A stretch of DNA of 60,889 nt, counting the filler, from Sphacelaria rigidula (taxonomy: Eukaryota): the NCBI GenBank assembly GCA_964200075.2. It is 9 parts of 9 records of this genome, joined end to end, with 100 filler letters (N's around TTAATTAATTAA, not from the genome) between each part and the next. Parts side by side here need not be neighbours in the genome. Positions count along the whole stretch, not along the records: positions 20,332 to 27,008 come from CAXNAA020018690.1; positions 27,109 to 33,785 come from CAXNAA020018691.1; positions 33,886 to 40,561 come from CAXNAA020018692.1; 6 more parts are not named here. The stretch is one strand, 5' to 3'. The notes below the pieces were generated by a model. It did no database searches and had not been told where the DNA came from. It saw nothing but the letters and a program-made list of their open reading frames with translations. A program made the position numbers and the translations under genes. Shown piece after piece: positions 21,484 through 34,719 of the stretch (position 1 is the stretch's first letter; each line of letters begins with the position of its first letter).

Positions 21484-23530
21484 TAATGTCCCACGTCATT
21501 TTCGAAGATGCTCTTTTTGATGGCGATATTCCCCGTCTGGGAACCAAAAACCAAAACCATGTCAAAGATCCCAAAGGTGATGAAATACGACCAACACGAA
21601 ACGACTCAATACCCGAAGACCTGATAATTTCGAGAGGGCAGAATCCGCCAAGCCATTTACTCGGGAGGAAAACGTTGTGGAACGGGATCTAACAGACGCT
21701 TTAGCGAGAGCTGTGTTTCCATTACTGTAAGAAGGGGCCTTGTGATGTACGCGAGTACGCACACACACAAAGTTTGATGTTTCCGCCACCAGTAAAAGGA
21801 AGAAGACACATGACATGGTGCACTATTTTGTATCTTGAAATCATGAAGTGCATTACGATTGTGCATGGCATTACACTTCAGGGGGCAGGGCAGGACGCGG
21901 AGCAGGACCAGACACGTTCCAATTTAGAGAGATCGAAATAAGATCCTCGAACAAAACAAAGTTTTCAATTTCCAGGGTCTCGGTGCCAGGGTTGCGGCAA
22001 ACAGTGAACCACCCAGCCGTGCGGCACTCTAACGTTTTGCTCCCGGCGAATCACCTCCTAAGCGGGAGGTGATGAGAATATCCTCCAGACAGTAGAGAGT
22101 TTTCAGTTTCCACACGTGCGGCGCTTCAACGCTCTCTTCCTAGGCGAGACACTTCCCAATTTCGGGAGATGGTAGGAACATCCTCGGGCAGTACAAACTT
22201 TTCAGTTTCCACCGTCTGGATGTTGAGGTTCCGCAAACGATGAACTACCCGGCGCTTCAACGTTCTCCTATTGGGCGAAAGTGCGAAGACCACTCCACAG
22301 CAATAGAGGCATTTCACACTCGAGAAGTATCGTGAAATATATCGGGGAACTCGAGTTTAAGATACCTCTATTACGATATGTTGCCAGTGCTTGAGTATCA
22401 TCACGGTATCAACATGAATCAGAACAACCCACCGTCTGCTGACGATGAATTACTCCGGGTCATGCCAAACGTATAACAACCCAGGCTCAGAGAAGTAAAC
22501 ACTGGGGCAGGGGAGGGGAACTGCTCTAAAAAATGAAGCGGCCCTGAAAGTAACCCCGCCCCGCCTCGGAAAAAAAATAGCGACGCTTCGTCAGCACCCC
22601 ACGGTTCGAACTTCATGCTGCCAAACCACCGACAACAGGGACAATCGATGCGCGACAGAGGCATTCTCGCGAGAGCAGCCTTCTGGCGGCGATCACGATA
22701 AAAGATAATTTCCGTCACGCGCGATGAATTACGCGGAGGATCTCGCCAGGCCGTTCCTGCGGAGTTTGTACGTGGACAACCCACCGAGCAATGAAAACAC
22801 AGTCAAGAGGTAACCCCCCTCCTAACCGGTTACATTGGCATCACCTAACCCACCTACGTGTTTTATTGGCGCATTTGTTGTATGTGCATGGAGGAAATAA
22901 TGAAACAAAAGATGGGGATCGAAAGCGGAAAAAAGCGCGCAGAGTGAAATAAATAGTCAGGACCCACCCGGGCGATGGCCCCTCTGGGGCAAGTGAAACT
23001 AACTTGGAAACAAACGTAAACATTTGAGATACGTCTCACCTATTTTGACTTTTGCTAGCAAGCGGCTGTGCCTGTACATGGCGCCACTGAAATATTAGCG
23101 GGTAATAGGCATTTTGGAAATATGCGCATCTCCCACGAACAGCCTGTGCCAAGCGTGGAGAAAGGTCATTTCGCATCGCTCCAAGCGCGACCGGTACAGT
23201 AAGTGCCATAACCTATTGACTTGATCGGCACCGTGTATTCTCATGTGCTGTATGTTTCCATGGCCGGGAAAAAATCCAGTTTTCGGCGAACCGAGAGAGA
23301 AAGCTTACTCATTCAAGGATCACGGGTGTGTTCCCGACAGGTGTTTACATGATGAAACGGCGACGATCAAATGAGAGGATGGGCACTCTCGTTCGCTGAT
23401 GCTGCCCATTTCAGAACAAGCAATGACATGGAAGTTCCCAAAGGGTAATATAGAAAGAACGCATGGCGAGGGGGGGGGGGGGGGGGGGGGCGTGTTCACA
23501 CGTGTAGGAGCACCCTTCCTGTTCAGTGAG

Positions 23531-24998
23531 TCAATACACGAAGACCACCACGAGTACCGCAAGGGTGACCAACTGACTGATGACCGTCTTGAACACGGAA
23601 TTCAAGACACGCAGATGAACTGCGGGTCCTGAGAGATTCTCTCAACCATTACCCCCTCTCCACAAACGGAACTTGCGTTCATACGAGCGCTCAGCTTTCA
23701 AGTACAAATACATGACCGCGCTAACGCTAGTGTGGAAGGGTCGCAAAGACACTGAGGCGGAAAGGCCGCATCACGCTACTCTCCCCGCGCAACCAACTGC
23801 AACTGCGCAGAGCTCCTAGCTTGCCTCTAATTCCTCGATTGTGATGCGGGGAGCAGGCGGGGGGGGGCGGAAAATATTTTGTGCACGAATTACACACCAA
23901 CATAAATTTCCGTAGTGAGCCTTGCAGGGATACATGCAAACATACCAAGACCGAAAAACACCGAGGAGCGATATACTAAAAATAATACCAGCGGGAAGAC
24001 GGCATTATTTTCGTCAGCGAAGATTACTGTTGTTGTTGCTGTTGTCTTTACATTACGGTCTACATTTATTTCTGTTCGTACCACCGAGACGAGACCCACG
24101 TACATAACGACGACATCGATGACGTGATGGGCACTGGTGGCTCGAAAGCCGAGACATGAAGCGTAGATTATGCCACATCCTTCAAGGGAAAACAAAGCTC
24201 TGCGACAAACGTCGATTGGCTTTGCATGGCACAAGCGTACCGTTGCATGGTAACTGCACTGTACTTGTACTGTACCGTACTGCTTCCATCAGATCATGGG
24301 GCTGCGTACGAACAGAAGCGCAAACACTTTGAACACAACAATTCGTTACCCTACCCTGTGTCGCGTGTACTCCCGTACTACTGACAACCCCGTATTTGTA
24401 TGGGAATAATATATGGGAAGTTGGATGTGCTATTTTGCAGCGTGCAGAAAGCAGCCCTCCACACTCCACGTAGTCACATACTTTGTGACAAGCCGGTTTT
24501 TCAGGACAAACAGGCCAAAACAAATTATCATGACCCGCATGTTTACTAGCAACCTTCCAGGCTGCATCAAAATGACTCGAGTACACGGCAGCAAGCATGC
24601 TGCATAGAGGACGCCTGCCAGCGTGTGCGTATGACAGCCCACAATTGCATGTGTGGTCCTTCTCGGGTGAGCAAACGACGACGGAAGTAGTGCCGCTGCC
24701 GCTACTGAATCTGCATGCCACCTCCCCACCCCCTCTCCCTTTCCTACCCACCCCTCCCGGACCGATCGCTAAATTACTCGTCTCGTGGGAGGGTGTGCGG
24801 ATTGACGTAACGTGCTTTACAGCTTGAAACTCACCAGCTGCGCTCAAAATTCCACTTCATTACGGGAGTGATGCTGAGCGATGCATCTCCAGCCATGATT
24901 GCCTGCTGAAGAGCAATTTTGATATCGCAGGGTGGTGAAGTGTGCCCGGAGCCGTCCACGCTCTGCGATGTGCTGCTCAAGATGACGTATTTTCCCTC
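23531..24998 (-). CDS. Putative three 3' exons of an unknown gene (24998-24835, 24599-24355, 23628-23531)
   Basis: Acceptors ctttag|, tatgcag| and tctcag|; donors |GTGAGT and |GTAGGG. Phases are compatible and give EGKYVILSS...FERSC-MLAAVYSSHFDAAWK...ATQ-GPAVHLRVLNSVFKTVISQLVTLAVLVVVFVY*. No recognisable domain. Confidence 0.35.
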
Positions 24999-26066
24999 CT
25001 AAAGCGCAGTAACACACGCAGACACACACACAACTGTGTGTGGTACCAGAAATAGTGTGTGATGCAAGTCCCGACTTCCCTACCCCTCGGTGGAAATATA
25101 GCCAGCGGTACCCTGTGGCGGGCAGGAGATTGTCTGCGTGGACAGCCGCTCAATTACGTCTACAATGCATGGAACGTTTGCCACTCGAATGTGTGTACCG
25201 TAACTTTGCTAGATGCAGCTGCCTTGCTACGCTGCCAGTTTGATAGTCGGGCGATCGGTCTGTCTCTTTTGCCTCTGGTCCTTTGCTTTTTGAGGGCAGA
25301 TGTGATGATGACCTTTGGCAACTGCACAATAAACGTAGAAATAAAAAGAAGAAAAGTTGTCCTCCACAGCTGCATGCCGAAAGATTCAAATATACGTCCG
25401 CTATTCTATGGGCAAGATGTTCTTTTCTTCTCTTGTGGTTGTCGGCTGGTGCGAAAAAGACACATTTCCACATTATAAGAACTTGTCCACGTCATGTTCG
25501 TCCAGAAAATAACTGTGGTTGAAATCTTGATCGTACAAGGAGCCTGAGGTCTGGAGGTAGACCAGTTGTGCCTAGTCGAATGAGAAATCCAAGAGAGGAT
25601 ACCATGGGCTGCCGTGATCAATGAACATTTATGATGACGCCTTGTCATCGGCCAAAAGCCAGGCATGCAACCACATTGTGCTCCCTGGAGCCATGATCAG
25701 CCGAAACACAAACAAAAAACAGTATAACCTAACTTCAACGGCCAGCGTGGGTTATCTCTTGAATCGGCATCATTTTTACCTGTAGAATATAGTACGGCTC
25801 AGACGACCCACCCTAGGAGTCATGTCCCTCAGTGGGTATCTACTGAATCGGCACAACTACAACTTGAAAGATGGATGCAAGACCCAGGTGACCCACTCGA
25901 GCGGTCCTTCACGTTCATTGTTCACAATGACCACTGATGTTCATGATAGATTCAATCAAAACACCTGGGCTTCTAAGGCGTACTCCCTGTTTCACCTTTC
26001 TTGTTAATGCCAAGGTGGGTACCCTGGAAGAGTAGTCACTCAAGAAAAAAGTAGTGAAGATGGTAT

Positions 26067-26386
26067 CGGTGGCTCAGTTGGTAACCTCGAAACCTCCTAA
26101 CGGTTGAGTTGTGGGTTCAAAACTCGGAGCTGTCTGGGATTTTTTCTCACAAAATTGGACTTAACGGTCGACGAGGGAAAGGGGATGCTGAACCCCTCTC
26201 GCGATAAAAAAACAAAGGCAGGCACCGCAGAAGGAGGGTGAGGTACTAAAAACAAATATAAAAGAAAAAACCTCCTGTGTTGACCTTCCTCCTGTGTGAC
26301 CCCGGTTGATACGCCCACATATATCGAAAGGTGTAGGCTGGCGTCCAGAATTGAAGGGACGGCAACACACACACACACACACACAC
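26067..26386 (+). mobile_element. tRNA-derived SINE with (AC)n tail
   Basis: A box TGGCTCAGTTGG (26070-26081), B box GGTTCAAAA (26114-26122), family body, and about 11 AC units at 26365-26386. Confidence 0.8.
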
Positions 26387-26424
26387 GAGCGAAATTGGCC
26401 GGTGCTTCGTTCTAATCTCCTGAA

Positions 26425-26660
26425 TGTGTGTGCGTCTTGTGTATTGTCATCCCATCTGTTCTGGACGCCGGTCGACACCTACCTTTCGGTATATTCTGTC
26501 GGTGCACCAGCCGCGGTTACACAGGAGGAAAGCCAACGCATGACATTTTTTTCTATTTGTTTTAGTTCTCCACCTTCCTTCTGCGGTGCTTGCCGTTATT
26601 TTATTATTTTTTATCGCGAGAGGGGTTCAGCAGTCCCTTTCCCTCGTCGACCGTCAATTT
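26425..26660 (-). mobile_element. Second SINE copy, inverted tail-to-tail with 26067-26386
   Basis: The reverse complement contains GACGGTCGACGAGGGAAAGGGACTGCTGAACCCCTCTCGCGATAAAA and GGCGTCCAGAACAGATGGGATGACAA. Confidence 0.8.
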
Positions 26661-26710
26661 AAATTTTGAATACGAGCTGGGCCAGCCGAGAAGCGATTCT
26701 GCAGTTTGCA

Positions 26711-26976
26711 GGCACATAATACGGCCAATACTTGGAGCTGGACCCTGAAATTTGGTATGGACAATGAGTAGGGCATAATAAAAAGAACTACTGGCGTGCA
26801 CAAGTTTTTTTTTATTCATGAGTTATGGGCATTTTACCGACATCTGAAAACTGATTTTATTGCCCTTAACTCATCAAAAAAAACTTATGTACGCCAGTAA
26901 TTTTTTTATTATGCCCTACTCCTTATCCATACCAAATTTCAGGGTACAACTCCAAGTATTGGCCGTATAATGGGCC
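26711..26976. mobile_element. Long foldback element (about 120-bp arms)
   Basis: GGCACATAATACGGCCAATACTTGGAG...CCCTGAAATTTGGTATGGA..GAGTAGGGCATAATAAAAA pairs with TTATTATGCCCTACTCC..TCCATACCAAATTTCAGGG...CTCCAAGTATTGGCCGTATAATGGGCC. A diverged relative lies near 60570-60720. Confidence 0.85.
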
Positions 26977-27344
26977 GTTTAGTGACAGGGTCAGAAGAAA
27001 CTCGGAACNNNNNNNNNNNNNNNNNNNNNNNNNNNNNNNNNNNNNNNNNNNNTTAATTAATTAANNNNNNNNNNNNNNNNNNNNNNNNNNNNNNNNNNNN
27101 NNNNNNNNTGTGTGCGTGAGCCTTCCTACCCATGGGCGGTCTGATTTGAATTAGACAACAAAAGACAACTCTACACCTCTGCTTCTGTTTCGTCATCTTC
27201 GACAGCGGACGCTGTGCGAGATTGCCGTCTACGTTTTTGGTTGAGCATTGGGTGCTCAAGCCATATAGCTCTAGACTCTACCGAACACGCTAGCGCGTGC
27301 CTTGGAACAAAGAGTAGAGTAATCACGTTAGATAAGGCTGTATC

Positions 27345-28640
27345 ATGAGCGGTACAGGGGAAGAGCGGAGTGTGGTGGAGGAGCTGGAGGATCCACCTCA
27401 GGCGTTGGTGGTAACACCAGAGGACTACCACAGCTTTCAAGAATGGGAAGCGTCTCGAGCTCGGGGGGTTTCTACAGCTGGGGGCACAGACGCGCCTCAG
27501 CTAGAAGCCCAGGAAGCAGCAGCCCCGAGAGAGTATGGGGCTGACACAACACTCACCGGATCGGCCGGTCTTGGATTGGGTCGACTAGGGGCGGGGGCGG
27601 GAGCACCGCCCAGGGGCACAGCAGGTACCCATGCCCCTGGCACATCGTTAGGAAAGATATCTGGTCTTGGTTTTCTCACTACAGGGGGCATGCTAGATGT
27701 CGATAGCAGTTTACAAAACCGAGGAAGTACACAACTAGCGTCGTTATTAATGAATGTGGATTCTAGGACCTTGGAAGCAAAATATATCGCCAAGTTCATA
27801 AGTAACAAAAGTCATAGATGGACGACTTTTAAGCGTGATGTAGAGCGATATACGTTCATGTGGGGTTTTGGAGATGGATTGTTTCGCGACCCACCGCTTT
27901 GTGTTGATCCTCTAAATGAACCGCAGCTATTAGGGTTGGGTTTCAGTCAGGACGACATCAAGCGAGCTCGATTCGCGTATATTTTGCTTCTCAACACTGT
28001 CAAGGATCCCGTCGCGAGACATATCCTTGTGGATTCGCGATCACCGTCCATAGCATGGCGTGCATTGGACGAACAGTTCTCTCCCAAAACCTCGGGAGCT
28101 AGGATTGATGTCTTAGATGAGTTCAACAATCTAAAGTACACAAAAGAGCAGGATACAGACGAGTTTTGGATCCAACTACAGTCAGTGCACTCGCGTTCTG
28201 TAAGGTTGGGGTTGGAGATTCCCCGTGAGATGATAGTGGATAAATTCCTAAATTCCCTCCCTGCTGAGTACACCACAATTCGAGATCAGTTGCGTTTCGA
28301 ACCATCACTGTTGACTGACAAGACCCGAGCCGTTGTAAAGGATAAATTTCTGTCTCTGAAGAAAACGGGTACTTCGAGTGGTGGTGATCACAACCGTGCC
28401 TTATATACAGGCAATAAGGGTTCCGGCTACAGGAGTAAGAAAAAAGGAGGCGTGAAGTCGCAGAAATCCGCGGCTGGATCAAGTGATGGAAATATACAGT
28501 CGGATGGAAAAGCATGGGGTGACGGTAGTTCCTCGGATAAAAGAAAGCCGTAGAAAAGAGAAACCTCACCTGTTATGAGTGTGGAAAAACTGACCATTTT
28601 AAATCTGAGTGCCCAGAACGTGTCTGCGAGGTGTGCGGAG
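27345..28640 (+). pseudogene. Copia Gag with CCHC zinc knuckle after a premature stop
   Basis: ORF 27345-28553 has a Copia gag-like core (SPSIAWRALDEQFSP...DKFLNSLPAEY). CYECGKTDHFKSEC follows immediately downstream at about 28571-28612. Confidence 0.85.
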
Positions 28641-28789
28641 GAAAATGACATTCGAAAGAATTCCACAAAATGGTCGCAGTGTGCACATCTGACTCAGTAG
28701 ACTTTGGTTTTGTAGCAGTCGGGACTGACGAGTAGGCGTCTGCAGCAGATGGTACCCGAGGGGACTGCCCAGTTCTTGACGACGGAGGG

Positions 28790-31700
28790 AAAGAGGTCTG
28801 GATTGCAGACAGTGCTGCAACATGTCATATGACCCCTTCGCGTCACTTCATGCATGACTATGAGCCTTGCTCTCATCGTTCGGTGACGGTGGCTAACAGT
28901 CAAAAGGCGCCGATTTCAGGCTTTGGAAAAATCTTGTTGTCGACAGGTAGTGGCGAAGACACGTTAACAGTCAGTATCAAGCGCGTGGCACATGTGCCTG
29001 ATTTGGACGTAAACCGTTTCTCCCTACAGAGTGTAGTAGTTGAGCATGGGTTGCCCATTAGGCTGACGAGAAAGGGCACCGAAATCACGTTGCCCGGTGG
29101 GAAGAAACTGCTTTTTGAAAAGGATGGCAGAAATGATGTCGTGACCGCAAACCGCCGTAGCCTGTCATCCATTTGTTCGTTAAAAACCCATCAGTTTGAC
29201 CCCGATGCATCCGCGCAAGCTGTCCTTGCCCCGGGCAAGATGCCTGTTGACCGTAATAAGGTGGACATGAATTTGTTTCACCAGTCACACGGGAACCTGC
29301 ACGAGGGTTTGTTACGAGAAACGGCGAAACAGCTGGGGGTGACACTAGTGGGCAAGTTGCACGAGTGCAAAGGCTGTTCAATGGCAAAAGGATTGCGAAA
29401 ACCCATCCCTACGTCCACCACCACACGTGCAGCTAAGCCTTTAGAGCGTGTGTTCATGAATGCGTCTGGCCCGAAATTGGTCGAGAGTGCAGATGGCATG
29501 AAGTAACCCTTTCTCATCTGGGATGATTTCACCCGGAAAATCTGGATGTATTTCGATAAACATAAGTCTGACACCACAAGGGCGTTTAAGCCATACCTGG
29601 CTGATGTAGGAGCACAGTGCATTCCTTCAGTCGTAAAGACCGTAAGATCTGACGGTGGTGGAGAGTGTTCAGGTTCTTTCAGTGATCTGTGTCGTGAGCG
29701 TGGCAGAAGGCAAGAGTACACCCAGCAGATAGTCCCGAGTACAGTGGTGTTGCCGAACGGGCAATCGCGATAGTTGAGAAAGCCGCCATGGCAGCTAGGA
29801 TTCAGGCAAAGGTACTGTATGGCGTGGATGTTCCGGCAAGGATGTGGGCTGAGTCGTATCGTTGGGCAGCAGATGCGTTGAACCGTTCTGCTACCACTGC
29901 TAACCCTGGGAAGAAGTCCCCAGATGAGATGTTTTACGGTGAAGTGCCTGAAGTCAAGCTTCTCCCTTTCTTCAAGCCAGGATACTGTAGGTATAAGAGG
30001 ACGTCGAAGTGTATGCCGAAAGCACAGGAGTGTTTTTACTTAGGGCCTGGCTACAACTACCCCCGTGATACCATGAGAATGCAGACGAAAGGCAGATATG
30101 TAATCACTACTCGCGATGTTACTTGGCAGCACTCACCTCCCCCAAAATCGCAGCAAGCGGTTCCGTTTTCTATGTCGGGAGAAGAAAACTCACAGGATGT
30201 GGAGAGCGGGGAGGGCGATGTCGAGAGCTCTGATTCTGACTCTGACGAGTCGGATCTCAGCACTGGTGGGGGGGTTCCGGTTGGTGCTTAGTTAGAGGAA
30301 CCTAAACGAGTGGCAGATGCGGTGGTGGAACCTGATGGGATGGTGGAACTTGAGGAGGAGCGGGGCGGTAACAACGGCGAAGAGTCCGACCACCAGTCGT
30401 CTGCTTCGTCTTCATCCTCTGATGATGATCTTTCAGAGACATCGTCTGTCGGCGGTGGCGGGGATGCCGCGAATCAACCTGACTCGGTTAAGCCGACACT
30501 TAGCCGGACAAGGCAACAGACACGTGCCTTGCTGCAGTAGCGTCAAAAGCAGCGACTTCAACAGCAAGTTCCAGACCTGCGGGAGCGTGAGGGTGATCAT
30601 AGTGCGTTGTGGACAGCCAGGGGGGATTTGTGGGCTACGGAGCAGATCCTAGCTCAGCTGGCAAGCACGGAGGACCCAAGACACTCAGGAGAGTCTGGGT
30701 TGGAGTTGATCCGATATATGACTCTTGAAGAGATTGAGTCAGCCCCCAAATCTGTGAAGGATGTGTACAGTTCGAAGTACAAGAGTGTGTGGTTGGACGC
30801 GATGAAGAAGGAAGTAGAGGGGTTGGAACGCAATAACACGTGGACCGTAATTGACTCACCCCCGTTTAGAGAGAAAGCAGTAGATTCGATGTGGGTTTTT
30901 CAGTGGAAAACCGATGAACATGGTCATGTGATGAAGGCTAAGGCTCGACTGGGTTTCAGGGGTGATCGGCAAGAAATTGGCGACATTCCGACGTTCTCAC
31001 CAACCCCACTCACTACGACTAATCGAGTAGCTGCAGCTGTATCTTGCGCAGAGGGAAAGACGATTTTTCATTTTGACGTTGAGCAAGCCTTCGTTCAGTA
31101 GGAACAACAGGATGACGTGTACATGAGGTTACCGCCAGGTTTGGGTGAACGATCTGGCACTGTCGTGCATTTGCACAAAACGCTTCATGGGTTGACGCAA
31201 GCTGCTAGAGAGTGGTACGGAAAACTGGGGAGAATTCTGAAAGGTCTGGGTTTCGAAGAGAGTTTGATAGACCCGTGTGTGTTCAGGCTGATAGACGGCG
31301 AGGAGGTCAAAGTTCTGATTGTGGTCCACGTCGATGACATGTTCGTTGTAGGTGCTGAGTCTGTGTGTCATGGTACGATACTCACCACCTAGGTAGGGAG
31401 GTGCCAGTTCAGTGGGCATCGGGGCTAGAGAACCCAAACCCAAACATTAGTATCGAAGCCATTGAATCCGACATTACCAAGTGTAAAGTCAGCCACCACA
31501 CCAGTGGTCAGGTGGAATGTCATGAGCCGCGCAGGCTGCAAGACAACATGAGCTGCATGAAGGTCAGGCTTACATTTGTGAAGACCAAAGTCTCCTCTGA
31601 GATAGCAGTCCGTGATAGTGTTGATGCTTCTTGTATTATTGGCAACCGGCTGGTAGCTGCTAATCGCGCGTTGAGATAAGTTCCCAATAGACTGTGCCCG

Positions 31701-32730
31701 AGTAGGGGGGCACTGTCGAAATCAATCAGACTCAGGATGGCCCATTACCTGTCGGGCTAGACAACGCAAGAGTATGACACATGGAATCTACTCGACTGGA
31801 CCATAACCGATAAATCCGGAACATGTGCGCAACAAGTTGGCAGAGGATCTCAACGCACATTTTCCAACGAAGAACCGTGGTGAGCTGGTCAGGTACCCAG
31901 GATGCGAGTACAAACACGATCTCGAGAAAGGGACGCTCAAATTGTCTCAGACTGCGTATACTCAGCGGATTCTTGAAAGATTTTCGATCAAAAGGACCGC
32001 TGAAACCACTGCGTTTGTTTCTTCTGACTTCAAGGTGGATCAGGGAGAGGATTTCGAGGGGAGGTACCATGAGGCGGTGGGATCTTTGATGTGGCTCTCC
32101 ATCAACACCCGCCCGGACATCGCTGACGCCGTGAGAGCTGCATCCCGCCACAACGAAAACTCGACGCCTGAGGACTGGCGCGAAGTGTTGCGGATTTTCG
32201 AGTACGTCAAGACAACAGTAGACTTGGGAATCACGTATGCTAGGGGTTCAAGTGACTAGTTGGTGGCGTATGCGGATGCCGACTATGCGAAATTCGAGGA
32301 TCGGCGTTCAGTGTCGGGAGGGTCGATATTTTTCTGCGGGGCTGTTGTAGGATTCTTCTCTCGCGCTCAAAAGGATGTAACTCTCTCTTCTACTTAGGCT
32401 GAATACGTAGCGATGGGCGACGTCGTGAAGGATGCTTTGTTTGTGAAGGCGGTGCTTTAATTTAAGCAGCCGCAAAGGAAGGAATTTTGTATGCCATTGA
32501 CGGTGTATGAGGATAACCAGGGGGCGATTCAACTCGCGAAAACTCCGCGAAGCTCCCACAACAGCAAGCACATTGATGTGCGTCATCATTTTCTGAGGGA
32601 AGTGGTGTCTGAACAAATAATTCGAGTGGAGTATGTCAAGTCTCTTAAGCAGCACGCAGACGTTTTGATGAAACCCTTGCCTGTTGGTAGCTTCAGGTAC
32701 CACAGGAATGTTCTGATGAACATCAAGTGA
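28790..32730 (+). pseudogene. Copia Pol (protease, integrase, RT, RNase H) with stops, frameshifts and an insertion
   Basis: Protease WIADSAATCHMT; integrase HQSHGNLH...CKGC and VRSDGGGE; RT WVFQWK...KAKARL, FDVEQAFVQ, LHGLTQAAREW and VHVDD; RNase H YADAD, YEDNQGAI, SKHIDVRHHFLRE and QHADVLMK. Confidence 0.92.
31366..31823. mobile_element. Solo LTR (458 bp) nested in Copia RT
   Basis: Starts TGT and ends ACA, flanked by a 4-bp TSD TGTG (31362-31365 and 31824-31827). Removing it restores the RT frame VHVDDMFVVGAESV-RNKLAEDL. Confidence 0.8.
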
Positions 32731-33885
32731 CTTTGACAATCTTGAAAGTTGAGGTGAGACCGGTTTATAGTCTTGGACCTTGTATTTTTTACGTCAAGCT
32801 ATGAACGTTTGGAGTGAGGTGCGGCCGCGAGGTTGTAGCTGAGTGTGTCTCATTAGGAACAAAGCGCATTTTCACGAGACTCGTGTCATAGCCAAGGCCA
32901 AACTATATTTCGGCCATGGCTTGGGTATGATTTGTGTTTCTTCGGGAACAGGAAACGGTTTTTGGTCGAAGTGGTCTTAATTGTTTCTTATATATTAATT
33001 CGTATTTTCGACATGCGTTTGATTCCCCAGTATGCAAAATCAGGGAGGGTTTAAATCGTTTGATTTCACTCTTGGTAAATGTGAGATCCAGGATACTATC
33101 ACGAGACTGTCGGAGGAAAATGTGGTGGATAAACCGATGGGAAACGGTACTGGTGATTTCCAGAAATGGTACTGAAAACAACAGTTCAGATCGATTCTCG
33201 GAATGTGCTGGAAAGTGTTGGTTGTTCTTACTTTTGTTCTCGAATGATCCGGAAACGACGGGGAGTTATATTGTGGTATGCGGTATGTTTCTGCGGGATG
33301 AAATAGGAGATATTTGCCGTAGGTCGAGAAGGATTCTCGACGAAGATGCGGAGGNNNNNNNNNNCTCTCCCCTCCACCGTGTTCAGTGTTGTTTGTGCGT
33401 GTGTGCCTTCCTACCCATGGGCGGTCTGATTTGAATTAATACGTTTTACGTTGGGTTTCTCACATCCAAACGGACGAAAATTCCGCGCACGCCTTCGCTA
33501 CATCGATTAGAACGAGTTAGGTACACAGGGTTATGCTTATTGCTACTGGGATTCTTCATGGCAAAATGTGAGCTTCCATCACTTTCCAATGTTGAGCGAC
33601 CCTTCTCGTCTAGCGGTGAAAGCGCTTCCATGCAGGACCAATTCTCACGTGTCAGGAACGGACAAACAGATCAATCGTCCCTTGCGGCCCTTTTTTTTTC
33701 GGAATTGTATCTGGCATAACAACCCGAACAATGGTCGTCCCCAAAAATTCGATTGTAGCGGAGACACGAACGAAGAGGTCAGACGNNNNNNNNNNNNNNN
33801 NNNNNNNNNNNNNNNNNNNNNNNNNNNNNTTAATTAATTAANNNNNNNNNNNNNNNNNNNNNNNNNNNNNNNNNNNNNNNNNNNN

Positions 33886-34266
33886 AATATTGACCAATTT
33901 TGGACGTTTTTACGTGAAACACGAGCGATTACATGCTAAAAATATGTTTGATGGAGCGTGCGTAGGTTCATGTCACGGGGGTATCCAACCTCACAGTTTT
34001 TTTTGCGATTTTTATGTTTTTTTCACGGTTTTTCGCGATTTTTCGTGTTCCCGGATCCCCCATGTTCACCAAGAGCGAAAAATCGCCGTTTTTTGGCTGA
34101 CCTACTTTTTCTCGATCGTGAGACTGCACGCGTTGAGCACCCACATTGTGGAAAGGTGTTTAGCTGAAAAAACGCCAACGAATGCAATAAAATAATCGAA
34201 AATCAAATCGGACACCGTTAAGGGCTCGTATAAACATAACGCACTTTACTTATGGGACAGAGGAAG
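33886..34266 (-). mobile_element. Stowaway-like MITE, copy 3 (truncated by scaffold start)
   Basis: Terminal TTATGGGACAGAGGAAG|TA. The reverse complement contains CGAGAAAAAGTAGGTCAGCCAAAA and GATCCGGGAACACGAAAAATCG. Confidence 0.8.
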
Positions 34267-34719
34267 TATTGTAGTTGTACATATGTAAGCATGGTGGTGT
34301 TCGAAGCTGGTGCTGCTCTTTTCGCAACTAACTTATCTCTACAAACCCAACAAATATGCAGTGAGTGCCTGAAGAAAAACTCAAGCATTACAGTAGGCAT
34401 AGCATAAGCGGCAGCACCACCAACGTACAGCACCAACGTACAGCACCTACAAGAATATTAGCCCTGGAGATATCTAAGCAGTCTACGACTACAGCTGTAC
34501 GAACACATACAACTATATCATCGCTCCTCGGAACACACGGGGCACCACTTCCCACCCCTCGTATAAGTTACGAACAGGATTGAGGACACGGTCTCTCGAA
34601 ACGAATCAACTCGCGTTAACCGGGTAACTCACGCCACCGCACCTGACTCGGCAGCCGCGGTTTCCTGCAAATATTGATTTTTTTTATCCAACCAACTCTT
34701 GGAATTACACGACCCTCAC

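Larger units (their letters stand above)
27109..33440 (+). mobile_element. Ty1/Copia LTR retrotransposon, near complete but decayed
   Basis: Domain order is Gag, zinc knuckle, protease, integrase, RT, RNase H. About 45 bp (GCCTTCCTACCCATGGGCGGTCTGATTTGAATTA) is shared at 27109-27153 and about 33395-33438, consistent with LTR remnants. Confidence 0.92.
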
